From positions 672,001 through 736,000 of the forward strand of contig CBDCUI010000007.1 of NCBI GenBank assembly GCA_965222615.1: a stretch of DNA of 64,000 nucleotides, given 5' to 3'. This document shows positions 38,416-48,061 of the stretch, piece after piece. The translations under genes were made by a program, and so were the position numbers. The notes under the pieces were generated by a model that saw only the letters and a list, made by a program, of their open reading frames with translations, was not told where the DNA came from and did not search any database. Origin of the DNA: Gammaproteobacteria bacterium (GTDB lineage Bacteria; Pseudomonadota; Gammaproteobacteria; UBA4575). The stretch's first letter is position 1. Every line of letters begins with the position of its first letter.

Positions 38416-40314
38416 ATGACTAAAAAATATACGGTTGATTGGGACGATATTCCAATACAAAGGAAATGTATCAATACTGCGTTTTATAAATTACTGCAAA
38501 GCCGAATCAGTCGGCGCAAGTTGTTAATCAACACTGGTTTGCTAAGTACAAATTTAACTATATGTGCAACCACTAATGCTAAAAAAGATTCTAGTATTGG
38601 TTTTACAGAAATTTCACACGGCTTAGATGAAAGGCTACACGTTGCAGCTGAATACTCACACCAGGTTTTATTGAAATGGGGCGACCCGATTTTCAAACAC
38701 GCTCCAAAATTTGATCCATTTAATCAAACCCCCCACTCACAAAAACAGCAGTTTGGTTACAATAATGATTTTGTCACCTACATACCATTGCAATTAAAGG
38801 AAAATTCTTCTGAGCATGGTTTGCTGGTGGTCAATCATGAATATGTTAATAGTTCATTAATGCATTCCGGCTCACCAAAAGCGGATAATTTGAACAAACT
38901 ACAAATTGATACTGAAATATTTGCACATGGTTTAAGTATTGTCGAAATTCAAAAGCAAAAAGACACCTGGCAAGTAATTCTTGAATCAAATAAAAATCGA
39001 CGCATCACTCCTCATACCGGAATGATTTTTTCTGGCCCTGCAGCTGGACATCGACGCTTACGCACTTCGTTTGCACCCGATGGCAAACAATGTATCGGTA
39101 CTTTTGCTAACTGTGCCGGCGGCGTAACACCTTGGGGTACGGTATTGACCGCTGAAGAAAACGTTCAGGCCTATTTTATGGGTCAAGCGAAAAACACCAA
39201 TGAATACTCTAACTATAAACGCTTTGGTTTATTAGGCGATCGAACCGCACTTTCTATTTGGGGCAAATACCATGAACGTTGGAATCTCGATAAACATCCG
39301 CAGGTGGGGAACCATGCAGGGTGGATCGTAGAAATAGATCCATTTGATCCGAACTTTACTCCTATTAAAAGAACGGCATTGGGTCGCTGTAAACATGAAG
39401 GTTGTGATGTTGTTATTAATAAAGATGGTCGGGTTGTTGTGTATATGGGTGATGATCAAGCGTATGAATATGTGTACAGGTTTATCAGTAAGGAAAAATA
39501 TCGGCCGGGTAATAAAAAGCATAATATGTCATTGTTGGATGAAGGGGAGTTAGCAGTAGCCGAATTTAACGATCAAGGTACAGTTACTTGGCATCCTCTG
39601 GTTTGGGGTAGAAATCCTCATATCAAGCAAAATGGATTTAACAGTCAAGCAGATGTAGTGATTGAGGCCAGAAGAGCTGCTGATTTGGTAGGTGCAACCC
39701 CAATGGATCGCCCTGAAGAGATTAAAGTGAATCCTGTTTCAGGAAATGTTTTTGCTGTGTTTACCAATAATATAAGACGCGGCCCGCTACAAACAGATGC
39801 AGCAAACCCACGTGTACTCAATCGGCATGGACACATACTCGAACTAATTCCCCCCAAACAAGATCATAGTGCACGCGAGTATCAGTGGGAGGTATTTTTA
39901 CTCGCAGGGGATCCTCAAGATAAATTGGATCAAGCCTTTTATCATACAGAGCTTAGCAAAAACGGATGGTTTTCCTGTCCTGATAATTGCTCATTCGATC
40001 ATCAAGGCAACTTGTGGATTGCGACTGATGGTTTTTACCGTTTTGGTCATTCAGATGGAATTTGGGTGTGTGCAACACAGAGTGATAACAAGGCCTTGTG
40101 TAAACATTTTCTTCGTGCACCAAGAGAGGCTGAAATTTGTAGTCCCTGCTTTACACCAGATCACAAAACCATGTTTTGTTCTGTACAGCACCCTGGAGAC
40201 GATTCAAGTTTTGATCAGCCTACTACTCGTTGGCCAGATTTTGATAACAATATGCCTCCACGCCCCGCAGTGATTGCAGTAACTCATAAGCAAGGCAAAG
40301 TCATTGGTAATTAA
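38416..40314 (+). CDS. phoX: PhoX-family alkaline phosphatase
   Basis: SRRKLL Tat-like motif, FGYNND, VNHEY, NCAGGVTPWGT, EEN, GRCKHEG, MDRPE, CPDN, VQHPG. Confidence 0.93.
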   Translation: MTKKYTVDWDDIPIQRKCINTAFYKLLQSRISRRKLLINTGLLSTNLTICATTNAKKDSSIGFTEISHGLDERLHVAAEYSHQVLLKWGDPIFKHAPKFDPFNQTPHSQKQQFGYNNDFVTYIPLQLKENSSEHGLLVVNHEYVNSSLMHSGSPKADNLNKLQIDTEIFAHGLSIVEIQKQKDTWQVILESNKNRRITPHTGMIFSGPAAGHRRLRTSFAPDGKQCIGTFANCAGGVTPWGTVLTAEENVQAYFMGQAKNTNEYSNYKRFGLLGDRTALSIWGKYHERWNLDKHPQVGNHAGWIVEIDPFDPNFTPIKRTALGRCKHEGCDVVINKDGRVVVYMGDDQAYEYVYRFISKEKYRPGNKKHNMSLLDEGELAVAEFNDQGTVTWHPLVWGRNPHIKQNGFNSQADVVIEARRAADLVGATPMDRPEEIKVNPVSGNVFAVFTNNIRRGPLQTDAANPRVLNRHGHILELIPPKQDHSAREYQWEVFLLAGDPQDKLDQAFYHTELSKNGWFSCPDNCSFDHQGNLWIATDGFYRFGHSDGIWVCATQSDNKALCKHFLRAPREAEICSPCFTPDHKTMFCSVQHPGDDSSFDQPTTRWPDFDNNMPPRPAVIAVTHKQGKVIGN

Positions 40315-40331
40315 CTTTAACTCGCTTTATT

Positions 40332-40652
40332 TTAGTAATTTTCGTTTTGCTCTATCCTATCTTTTGGATGAATAAATCTATCTGTCCATGGGGATTGTTG
40401 CATAAACTCTAAAAATTCAAAACGGTTAATCGTGCCATTATTATTTTCATCATAACGCGCAAAGATCTCATCATCCGCTAGATTATAAACATTTTTAGCT
40501 TCATCACGGTCAAGACGCTCATTTCTATCTAAATCTGCACTCCAGAACAATCCATCCTCATAGCCTTTACCGCCACCCGCACCGAAACCAGCTATTGAAA
40601 TTGCCGGAATTGCGACTGCAGATAGTATAAAAATTGAAATAAATGTTTTCAT
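40332..40652 (-). CDS. Small exported EF-hand protein
   Basis: Signal peptide; EF-hand loops DLDRNERLDRDE and DENNNGTINRFE. Confidence 0.75.
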   Translation of the reverse strand: MKTFISIFILSAVAIPAISIAGFGAGGGKGYEDGLFWSADLDRNERLDRDEAKNVYNLADDEIFARYDENNNGTINRFEFLEFMQQSPWTDRFIHPKDRIEQNENY

Positions 40653-40781
40653 AGTCGCCTCGTTGTTATTTATATGGTTAAGAAGACCTATTAGTTAGTG
40701 GAAGTATTTCACAATAAGGTTCAATTCAAGCTTTAATAAAATAGCTAATGAAGGTTCTAGACTGTTTTTATGACCTATTTT

Positions 40782-41450
40782 TTAAGGTGTTACAGGCGAT
40801 TTAATTTGTAATGCCATAAGCAAAGTAGCTAAACCTTGGTCCAGTCTAATAATACTATTTTTCCAGACTGAATGGTCATTTGTACATTTGTTTGTATTTT
40901 GAAAATCATCAGATTTTGATTCTTGTTCACGTACTAAAAGACCAGACTGTGTGCGAAACACAATAAAAACTGTATTTGTCCTCATTTTTTCATATACAGA
41001 ACTGCCATATTTGGTGTCTACCAAGTCAAACTTTTCATTGTATTGTTCAGCGATCTTACTTAGGTCAAGAGTCGTAATGGGTTTAAGGTCATGTGCAATA
41101 TGTTGTTTAGAATTTTCATCTTGTATATCAGTGTAACGACCTGATAGTCGTTCAATTCTATATAAAGCATCAATTCCAAATAAGTTCACCCATGATTTCC
41201 ATTTCAAAAATTGGGCATCGATACGCCACTCGTCTCCGTATACTTTATATACGTTGCTATCGCAAAAATTGCCAAGACGAATTGTCGCATCATATTCTTG
41301 AGTATTAATTTGGTTAAAAGTTAGTTGTGCAATTGGTTTTTCATCTATTAAATGTTTGTAGGTATATAAATTTGCAAGTACTAAGACAGCGAACACAACA
41401 GCAAAAACAAATAGTAACTTTAAAAATATTCGAAACAGTAGTTTTAACAT
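40782..41450 (-). CDS. Membrane-anchored hypothetical protein
   Basis: N-terminal TM; GDEWRIDAQFLKWK, YRIERLSGRY, VDTKYGSSVY look conserved; function unknown. Confidence 0.75.
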   Translation of the reverse strand: MLKLLFRIFLKLLFVFAVVFAVLVLANLYTYKHLIDEKPIAQLTFNQINTQEYDATIRLGNFCDSNVYKVYGDEWRIDAQFLKWKSWVNLFGIDALYRIERLSGRYTDIQDENSKQHIAHDLKPITTLDLSKIAEQYNEKFDLVDTKYGSSVYEKMRTNTVFIVFRTQSGLLVREQESKSDDFQNTNKCTNDHSVWKNSIIRLDQGLATLLMALQIKSPVTP

Positions 41451-41615
41451 GGTTGTATTTGCTTCTTAGCGGTTATTTACAGTCTTTGTAGATTCTAATT
41501 ACAAGATGTATGATTTTAATGCCGTTTGTCCTACTAATTGGACCATTTACAAGGAAGAAAGCAAGTTATGCACTTAGTCTAATAAAATAAAACGTAGTGA
41601 GTTGGAGTTGGAATA

Positions 41616-41843
41616 ATGTGGGGACTAAAGAGGCAAGCGCAAGCAAAGCCTTACTTAAATAATAGACGTGGTGAAAGCGAAGATCGGCGAGTTTTTGGCC
41701 CACCGACACGATTTCCTTTTATCGACGGTACTGGGAAAATTATCAAAGTAGATCGGCGTTCAACACCTGATCGTCGATTAGCAAACATTCAAGTTAGAGA
41801 AGATTATCTGGATTTTGACACTAATCGTTTTCTTCGTAAGTGA
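41616..41843 (+). CDS. Small basic protein with repeated (D/N)RR motifs
   Basis: Strong RBS ggag; NRRGESEDRR...FPFIDGTGKIIKVDRRSTPDRR. Confidence 0.7.
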   Translation: MWGLKRQAQAKPYLNNRRGESEDRRVFGPPTRFPFIDGTGKIIKVDRRSTPDRRLANIQVREDYLDFDTNRFLRK

Positions 41844-41886
41844 TTTGAATATTCTTGTTTGTAACAACATTCACTTTCAAATAACT

Positions 41887-42321
41887 TCAAGCAACATTTA
41901 ATCGATTCATTATGCTGCGTTTATTTACAGAGATGTCAGCAAGTGTGTATTGGTCTAATGTTTCTAAAAATGCACTTAACGCATCTGATAATATATGTTG
42001 CAGCTTACATACCTTTACTATTGGGCATTTAGTTTCTGAGTCAAAACATTCAACAATGTGAAAATCAGATTCGGTTTTTCTGATTACATCACCAAGCGAA
42101 ATGTCATGGGGATCTAGTGCTAATTCAAATCCGCCCCCCTTACCTTGAATACAATTGATGTAACCGAGTTGACCAAGCTTATGGACAACCATACGAATGT
42201 GGTGAACGGAGATTGAATACGCTTCTGCCAATTCTGAAATGGTGATCAAATTACCATCAGGTTTGCTGGCTAAATAAATTAAGACTCGCAAAGCATAATC
42301 GGAAAATTTTGTTACACGCAT
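41887..42321 (-). CDS. nsrR: Rrf2-family NO-sensing repressor
   Basis: TKFSDYALRVLIYLA, GKGGG, three Fe-S Cys in HIVECFDSETKCPIVKVC, FLETLDQYTLAD; divergent from NOR genes. Confidence 0.85.
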   Translation of the reverse strand: MRVTKFSDYALRVLIYLASKPDGNLITISELAEAYSISVHHIRMVVHKLGQLGYINCIQGKGGGFELALDPHDISLGDVIRKTESDFHIVECFDSETKCPIVKVCKLQHILSDALSAFLETLDQYTLADISVNKRSIMNRLNVA

Positions 42322-42389
42322 AAATAAATATCCTGTTTTCAGCCATAAAACAATAGCCCATATCTTACGAACAGATAGTAGTGCTTAAA

Positions 42390-42449
42390 AAGATCTATTT
42401 ACTTTAGATCTTATTAGGTATATTTTACCATCTATTTTAAATAGATGTT
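42390..42449. promoter_or_regulatory. Two NsrR-type 11-1-11 operators
   Basis: AAGATCTATTT-A-CTTTAGATCTT (42390-42412) and ACCATCTATTT-T-AAATAGATGTT (42427-42449) resemble AAGATGCATTT-N-AAATGCATCTT. Confidence 0.75.
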
Positions 42450-42525
42450 TAACTAAATAGACTGGAAAGCATTATTAAATGCAGGTTATTTGCTACGTCG
42501 ATTTAAAAATATGGAGGAGAGTATT

Positions 42526-43050
42526 ATGTATCAAGAAATCTCGTGGGTTGTGACATTAATCCTTGTGGCATTGTTGGCGTTATTTTTTATTATCGTTGCA
42601 AAAAATGCTTCGGTTACAAACACCGATTACTCCGCAATTCAAAAAAACGCATATAGTTTACGTACAAAACTGTTCTTTCTGATATTGCTTATCATCATCC
42701 CGGTTATTGGATATACCCTTACTAAGATGCCGTATCCAAAAAATTCAGCACTTGCAGAAGCTTCAAAAGTAGTCGATGCAATTGGTCATCAATGGCATTG
42801 GGAAATAAGCGATACCAGTGCAAAAGTAGGTGAAACGGTTTTATATAAGGTCACTTCTGCTGATGTGAATCATGGGTTTGGTGTCTACGATCCTGATCTC
42901 AATGTTATTGGCCAGACTCAAGCGATGCCTGGCTATACGAATAATTTGCTCATTACTTTTCAAAAAGCGGGAACGTATAAAATCCTTTGTTTAGAGTTTT
43001 GTGGTGTGGCGCATCATGACATGGTCACAGAAATAAATGTTAGTGAATAA
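42526..43050 (+). CDS. norS: Heme-copper oxidoreductase subunit II (CuA), sNOR small subunit
   Basis: QWHW, DVNHGF, CLEFCGVAHHDM CuA ligands; ATG 42526 with RBS ggagga. Confidence 0.8.
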   Translation: MYQEISWVVTLILVALLALFFIIVAKNASVTNTDYSAIQKNAYSLRTKLFFLILLIIIPVIGYTLTKMPYPKNSALAEASKVVDAIGHQWHWEISDTSAKVGETVLYKVTSADVNHGFGVYDPDLNVIGQTQAMPGYTNNLLITFQKAGTYKILCLEFCGVAHHDMVTEINVSE

Positions 43051-43068
43051 AAAGAGAGGTGGCTAAAA

Positions 43069-44505
43069 ATGAATACGCTTAGTGTACCCATCGCAGGAAA
43101 GAGAACGATTTACGCCTATATCGCTATATTTGGTGCGGTAGTGGTGCTTATGATGTTTCTGGGTTTAGTCATGCGCGCTGCACAAGGCGGCACACTTGCA
43201 ATTGCGCCCGACTTTTTTTATCAAATTATGACTGCACATGGAGTTGGTATGGTGGGGATCGCTGGTTTAGGGGGTGCGGCCATCATGTGGTACTTCTTAC
43301 GCCAGTATGTTGAGTTGTATACGGGGATTTTGGTTACTAACCTACTATTGTTTCTCACTGGTGTAGTGTGCATTCTTGCGGCTATATTTTTAGGTAAATT
43401 TGGTGCTGGCTGGACTTTTTTATTTCCATTGCCTGGTCAATCCGCAGGCGCATGGCCTGCAGGAGCCGCCGTATTGTTTCTCAGCGGTGTGTTAATTATT
43501 GGTGTCGGCTTTTTATTGTTTTACTTAGATGCGGGGCGTGCCATTATTTCGAAATACGGTAGCTTTGCAAAGTCTTTGGGTTGGCCACAGTTGTTTGGAA
43601 ACGACGATGGCAATGCCCCTCCTCCAACCGTTGTGGCAAGCACGATGGTCACTATTGTAAATACTTTAGCGTTGATTGCAGGGGCTTCAATATTGGTCAT
43701 GATGATTATCAATATATTAATTCCATCGTTTAAGGTAGATGCACTGCTTGCTAAGAATTTAATCTACTTTTTTGGTCATACCTTCATCAATGCGACGATA
43801 TATATGGCGATTATTTCTGTATACGAAATTTTGCCTAGATACACCAATCGTCCTTGGAAATCTAACAAAATATTTTTAGCTGCTTGGACCGCATCTACCA
43901 TCATGGTGCTGATTGTGTATCCTCATCATTTGTTTATGGATTTCGTTATGCCAACCTGGATGCTTGTCATGGGTCAAATCATCTCCTACACAAGTGGACT
44001 GCCCGTATTACTTGTCACCATGATTGGAACCTTAGCTATTGTGCATCGTTCTGGTATTAAATGGGATCTGGCATCCGGCTTACTTTTCTTTTCTATTTTT
44101 GGTTGGGCCGGTGGTGTCATCCCCGCAGTGATCGACGGAACCATTGCCGTAAATCACGTCATGCACAATACCATGTGGGTGCCTGGCCATTTTCATTTTT
44201 ACTTAATTTTGGGAATGGTTGCGATGGTATTTGGCTTTATGTACTACTTACTTAAAGCGGAGAAAAACTGTACCGATAATGCAATCGATCGCGGTGGCTT
44301 TTGGATCTATGCCATCACTGGCACGGTATTCGTGTTTATATTTTTAATTTCCGGTAAAGAAGGTATTGCTAGGCGCTTTGCAGTACATTTCCCTGAATGG
44401 CAGAGTTATTCCAGCATCGCTTCGATTTTTGCCATATTTATTTTACTCGGTGCAGCGATATTTACGCTACGGTTCATATTGCGTTTAAATTCCAAGCCTG
44501 TATAG
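43069..44505 (+). CDS. norY: Heme-copper oxidoreductase subunit I, sNOR-type nitric oxide reductase
   Basis: MTAHG, GWTF, FFGHTFINATIY (Asn at the cross-link Tyr position), YPHH, HNTMWVPGHFH, RR. Confidence 0.8.
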   Translation: MNTLSVPIAGKRTIYAYIAIFGAVVVLMMFLGLVMRAAQGGTLAIAPDFFYQIMTAHGVGMVGIAGLGGAAIMWYFLRQYVELYTGILVTNLLLFLTGVVCILAAIFLGKFGAGWTFLFPLPGQSAGAWPAGAAVLFLSGVLIIGVGFLLFYLDAGRAIISKYGSFAKSLGWPQLFGNDDGNAPPPTVVASTMVTIVNTLALIAGASILVMMIINILIPSFKVDALLAKNLIYFFGHTFINATIYMAIISVYEILPRYTNRPWKSNKIFLAAWTASTIMVLIVYPHHLFMDFVMPTWMLVMGQIISYTSGLPVLLVTMIGTLAIVHRSGIKWDLASGLLFFSIFGWAGGVIPAVIDGTIAVNHVMHNTMWVPGHFHFYLILGMVAMVFGFMYYLLKAEKNCTDNAIDRGGFWIYAITGTVFVFIFLISGKEGIARRFAVHFPEWQSYSSIASIFAIFILLGAAIFTLRFILRLNSKPV

Positions 44506-44514
44506 ATATCCGTC

Positions 44515-45126
44515 ATGAAGGTATTTCGAAATACGGCGTTGACGTTACTCGTCGGTATCGTAGTCCTGTTTTTTACTACCAGTGGCTTCAAGGCATTTAC
44601 TTCAGAAGGCGCAAGAAGGCTTCACATTGAACAGCACCCTATTACTTTACCTAACATTCCTCTAAATAGCTCATCAGGTGAAGAGTTCTTTATTCAAGAC
44701 TTGCAAAATAAAATCGTATTAGTTGATTTTATTTTTACAAATTGCACAAGCATTTGCCCAATGATGACGCAAAATTTCCGAACATTACAAAAGGAATTGC
44801 AATCCTCGCCATTGCAGGAGTTTGTTGTACTACTTACGGTAAGTTTTGATCCTGATCGAGATACAAATCAAGTATTAGCTGAATATGCTGGGGCAGTGAA
44901 AGCCAATACTGCTTTGTGGAAGTTTGCCACGGTTACCGATAAAAAGAATCTACAAGAATTGTTAAATACATTTGGGATAGTGGTGATCCCAGCACCTGAT
45001 GGCCAATATGAGCATAACGGCGCTATTCATCTAATTAATCAGTTTGGGAAATTAGCCAAAATATATGACTATGCTGCTACGGAACTGATTTTGAACGACT
45101 TAAAATCAATAAATCATGTCTTATAA
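44515..45126 (+). CDS. senC: SCO1/SenC copper chaperone
   Basis: FIFTNCTSICP (CxxxC), VSFDPDRD, conserved His in YEHNG. Confidence 0.9.
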   Translation: MKVFRNTALTLLVGIVVLFFTTSGFKAFTSEGARRLHIEQHPITLPNIPLNSSSGEEFFIQDLQNKIVLVDFIFTNCTSICPMMTQNFRTLQKELQSSPLQEFVVLLTVSFDPDRDTNQVLAEYAGAVKANTALWKFATVTDKKNLQELLNTFGIVVIPAPDGQYEHNGAIHLINQFGKLAKIYDYAATELILNDLKSINHVL

Positions 45127-45748
45127 ACAAAGTCATTACTCACCATTCTATGGATTAAATAGTCACAGAGTGGTGCAACTGAATTTATTTTCTACTTTAT
45201 TCAATTTGGTCAGTTATAAAACGGTTATTGCATTGGCTCTAATATTTTTGCTTGCAACTCCGCTGGTTAGGGAAAGCTTAGAACAGTACATGCTAACGCA
45301 TGTACTCATTCAACTCCCGTTACTAGTGATATGTGGTATGTGCATTGCTGATGATATGGTAGAACAAACTAAGTTCACTATTGCGTATCAATATTCACTT
45401 CCACTCGTAGCCATTGCGTTAGTTACCGCAATGATTTGGATGTTGCCACGCATGTTGGATATCTCACTTGAGCATTCAAGTTATGTGTGGGCAAAATTTA
45501 TATCATTACCGTTTTTACTAGGTCTTCCACTTAGACTTGGTTGGAGAAATGTAGGTCCAATCACCAAGGCATTTATCATCACAAACATTTTAAGCATGCT
45601 AATTGTGTTGGCATGGCTTTATATCGAAGCCCCGACTCGCTTATGCAATTACTACTTAATCGATGAGCAACACAACTTAGGTATAAGTCTAATTTACATT
45701 TCAGGGTTGGTTTCACTGTACTGGATTGCCAAACTATTTAAAGTATAA
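45116..45748 (+). CDS. Membrane protein, sNOR-cluster accessory ORF (CtaG-like)
   Basis: Polytopic; MLTHVLIQLPLL, WMLPRMLD, PTRLCNYY; follows senC as in norSY-senC-orf clusters. Confidence 0.65.
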   Translation: MSYKQSHYSPFYGLNSHRVVQLNLFSTLFNLVSYKTVIALALIFLLATPLVRESLEQYMLTHVLIQLPLLVICGMCIADDMVEQTKFTIAYQYSLPLVAIALVTAMIWMLPRMLDISLEHSSYVWAKFISLPFLLGLPLRLGWRNVGPITKAFIITNILSMLIVLAWLYIEAPTRLCNYYLIDEQHNLGISLIYISGLVSLYWIAKLFKV

Positions 45749-45813
45749 GTAAGACAAATATTTAAATAGCGAAGCGAAATACAGACAATAAAAAATTTCT
45801 ATAATAAAAATTT

Positions 45814-46374
45814 ATGAAAAACTCAAAGCTAGTAGATTATCTTGGAATTGATTGCAGCGATGTAAGTCACAAAGAACGCATCATATCTGCAGTAGGGGGA
45901 TTTGTAGGCATTGCGGCGATATATTTTATTTGCGATATGGTTTTAGGCGATGATAAATCTAAATTTATTATTATTGCATCCATGGGTTCAACGGCGGTTT
46001 TACTTTTTGCTGCCCCATTAAGTCCGCTAACTCAACCCTGGAATGTTTTAGGTAGTCACTTTATTGCTGCAGTTATAGGCGTAAGTTGTGCAAAAATTTT
46101 CAGCTATGAATTAGTTGCCACGGCAGCAAGTGTTGGACTTTCTATCGGGGCTACTCATTATGCACGTTGCATTCACCCACCGAGTGGGGCCACGGCATTG
46201 GGTGCTGTCGTTGGTGGTCAGCATGTACATGCGCTGGGCTACGAATTTGTATTGATCCCCGTCATGTTTAATGTCGTTATTATATTTTTGGTAGCGATAC
46301 TTTTTAATATGCCGTTTAGTTGGAGACGATATCCGAAAACTCTTGCCATCCCAATTTCAAAGCAAGAAGAGTGA
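45814..46374 (+). CDS. HPP-family membrane protein
   Basis: ASMGSTAVLLF, SPLTQPWNV, CIHPPSGATAL. Confidence 0.92.
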   Translation: MKNSKLVDYLGIDCSDVSHKERIISAVGGFVGIAAIYFICDMVLGDDKSKFIIIASMGSTAVLLFAAPLSPLTQPWNVLGSHFIAAVIGVSCAKIFSYELVATAASVGLSIGATHYARCIHPPSGATALGAVVGGQHVHALGYEFVLIPVMFNVVIIFLVAILFNMPFSWRRYPKTLAIPISKQEE

Positions 46375-46436
46375 TTCAAAAATGCCTGAGATGTAGATGG
46401 TGTTAGCTCGCAAGTTCTGACTCCTTCACCGAGTTA

Positions 46437-46724
46437 CTACCCTGTTATTTCGTAAACGCGGATGCTTGCAACAAATGGATTTTCCCGAGCAATCTTTTCA
46501 GCATCATCTAGATTTTCGGCATTAATAATCGAATAGCCCGTAATGGATTCCATCCCCATTGCCAAGTCCTGGGTGCCACTAGGCGAGATTTCTCGTGCAC
46601 CGCCATGGAAACCGCCGTGTTCCACACTTTTGTCGGCAACTGATTCAAACCACTTGCCCCATGCTGCCATGATTTCCGGCGTGGGTTTTTCAAATCCAAA
46701 ATGTAGCAACATGAATTTTTTCAT
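46437..46724 (-). CDS. YciI-like protein
   Basis: MKKFMLLH, WGKWF, ITGYSIINAENLDDAEKIA..NP, IRVYEI; RBS aggag. Confidence 0.75.
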   Translation of the reverse strand: MKKFMLLHFGFEKPTPEIMAAWGKWFESVADKSVEHGGFHGGAREISPSGTQDLAMGMESITGYSIINAENLDDAEKIARENPFVASIRVYEITG

Positions 46725-46909
46725 TTTTCTCTCCTACTAGTGTTTTTTTCTATCCACAAAAGGCTTGTTTTGAGGGTTAAATCATCTGCAACGATTGGTA
46801 AGTCTTAAAAGAGTGATCAATATGCCAAGATTATGTGAATGGATAAACAGAGTATGTCATACCGACATACACTTTATAATATTTGTATTAAATATAATAA
46901 AACTTGCAG

Positions 46910-47956
46910 TCAGATTTGTATGGAATCGTGTGGGCGGGTACTTGAGAGAATTTTTGCAATATGTTTGTAAGTTACTTCACCATTGTCTATTCGAGTTTTT
47001 TCATGGTCCGTGATAAACACAAGCTCACCGAGTACCTCAAGGCCGCCAATGATGCCTTGCATGTCTAATGAACGAGCACGTTGTTGATCACGTGGAATAA
47101 AATAAAACTCAATCTCTCCACTATGATTATTCAATGAGGAAATAATATTTGCTGAGAGCCGATTTTGTACTTTATTGTTATTTATTAACCAATTTTTTAC
47201 CCAATTATTAACGCGCTTTATAATATCCCTTTTTTGACCTTGCCAGTACCATGCGTGTACTGGGTAGTCTAAAGACTGATGTGCGTTGGTAGTTTTTTGC
47301 CTAGGTGCTAATTCAATGGGAAAACGATATTCATCATTCTCTCGCTTAATTACGTGCAAATGAAAATGTGCAGATATAGATGCACCTGCATTAATACCGT
47401 TGTAAAAAACTACATAGCCTGGCAGCTTGGATGATAAATCAATAGTGTCATCAATAATTTTCTCAATTGAGAATGCATCTAGGTCCTTATTATTTCGATC
47501 CCATGCTTGTGCAATGTGCTCACGCGTTACAACTAATGCATGCACTGGCATCAGTGGGAAAGGATTCATTAAAACAGTATAGGCAGTGTTGTTAATAGAA
47601 ATATCATAACCTAACTCTTTTCCATTTTGTTGCCAGCCAATATTATCTCTGCATAACACACAACTTTTATGCATCTCTATTGCACCGGGGGGAGGTTTTC
47701 TAGCGCTACTAAAACGATTCAATCGATTTGGGTTATATTGAATGCTTAAATATCTACTTGCGTCCTCAGGATGAGGAAATTGAAATCTTTGTAAATTTGC
47801 TAAATCGTCTTTGACAAAACCTAGCTCTTTTTGATTTTGATATAACGCTTCAACAGTTTTTGCCAGTCCATCTCGCTGTTCAATTTGTTTTAGATGAAGG
47901 CCCAGTTTGTACCAACTTTCATCAAATTCCTTTTTGTTAAATAAATTCCCTTTCAT
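46910..47956 (-). CDS. HIT-superfamily nucleotide-sugar phosphorylase-like protein (DUF4922/GDPGP1-like)
   Basis: QYNPNR, CVLC, NPFPLMPVH, HIAQ, FYNGINAGASISAHFHLH. Confidence 0.7.
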   Translation of the reverse strand: MKGNLFNKKEFDESWYKLGLHLKQIEQRDGLAKTVEALYQNQKELGFVKDDLANLQRFQFPHPEDASRYLSIQYNPNRLNRFSSARKPPPGAIEMHKSCVLCRDNIGWQQNGKELGYDISINNTAYTVLMNPFPLMPVHALVVTREHIAQAWDRNNKDLDAFSIEKIIDDTIDLSSKLPGYVVFYNGINAGASISAHFHLHVIKRENDEYRFPIELAPRQKTTNAHQSLDYPVHAWYWQGQKRDIIKRVNNWVKNWLINNNKVQNRLSANIISSLNNHSGEIEFYFIPRDQQRARSLDMQGIIGGLEVLGELVFITDHEKTRIDNGEVTYKHIAKILSSTRPHDSIQI

Positions 47957-48061
47957 ATTTATTCATCCAAAAAATAATAGTTGTATATCGCGTCGTAAGC
48001 CGGTAAAAGCAGCGTATTGTACTGAATATATAATCCTTAACAAGCTAAGAGGGCACAATTT

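Noticed and set aside
43069-44505. ba3/aa3-type oxygen reductase
   Set aside because: The active-site Tyr position is Asn, and the NsrR context points to NO reduction.
46380-46760. yciI as an integron gene cassette (gttagct near 46400)
   Set aside because: No matching RYYYAAC/attC hairpin in a consistent orientation and no integrase.
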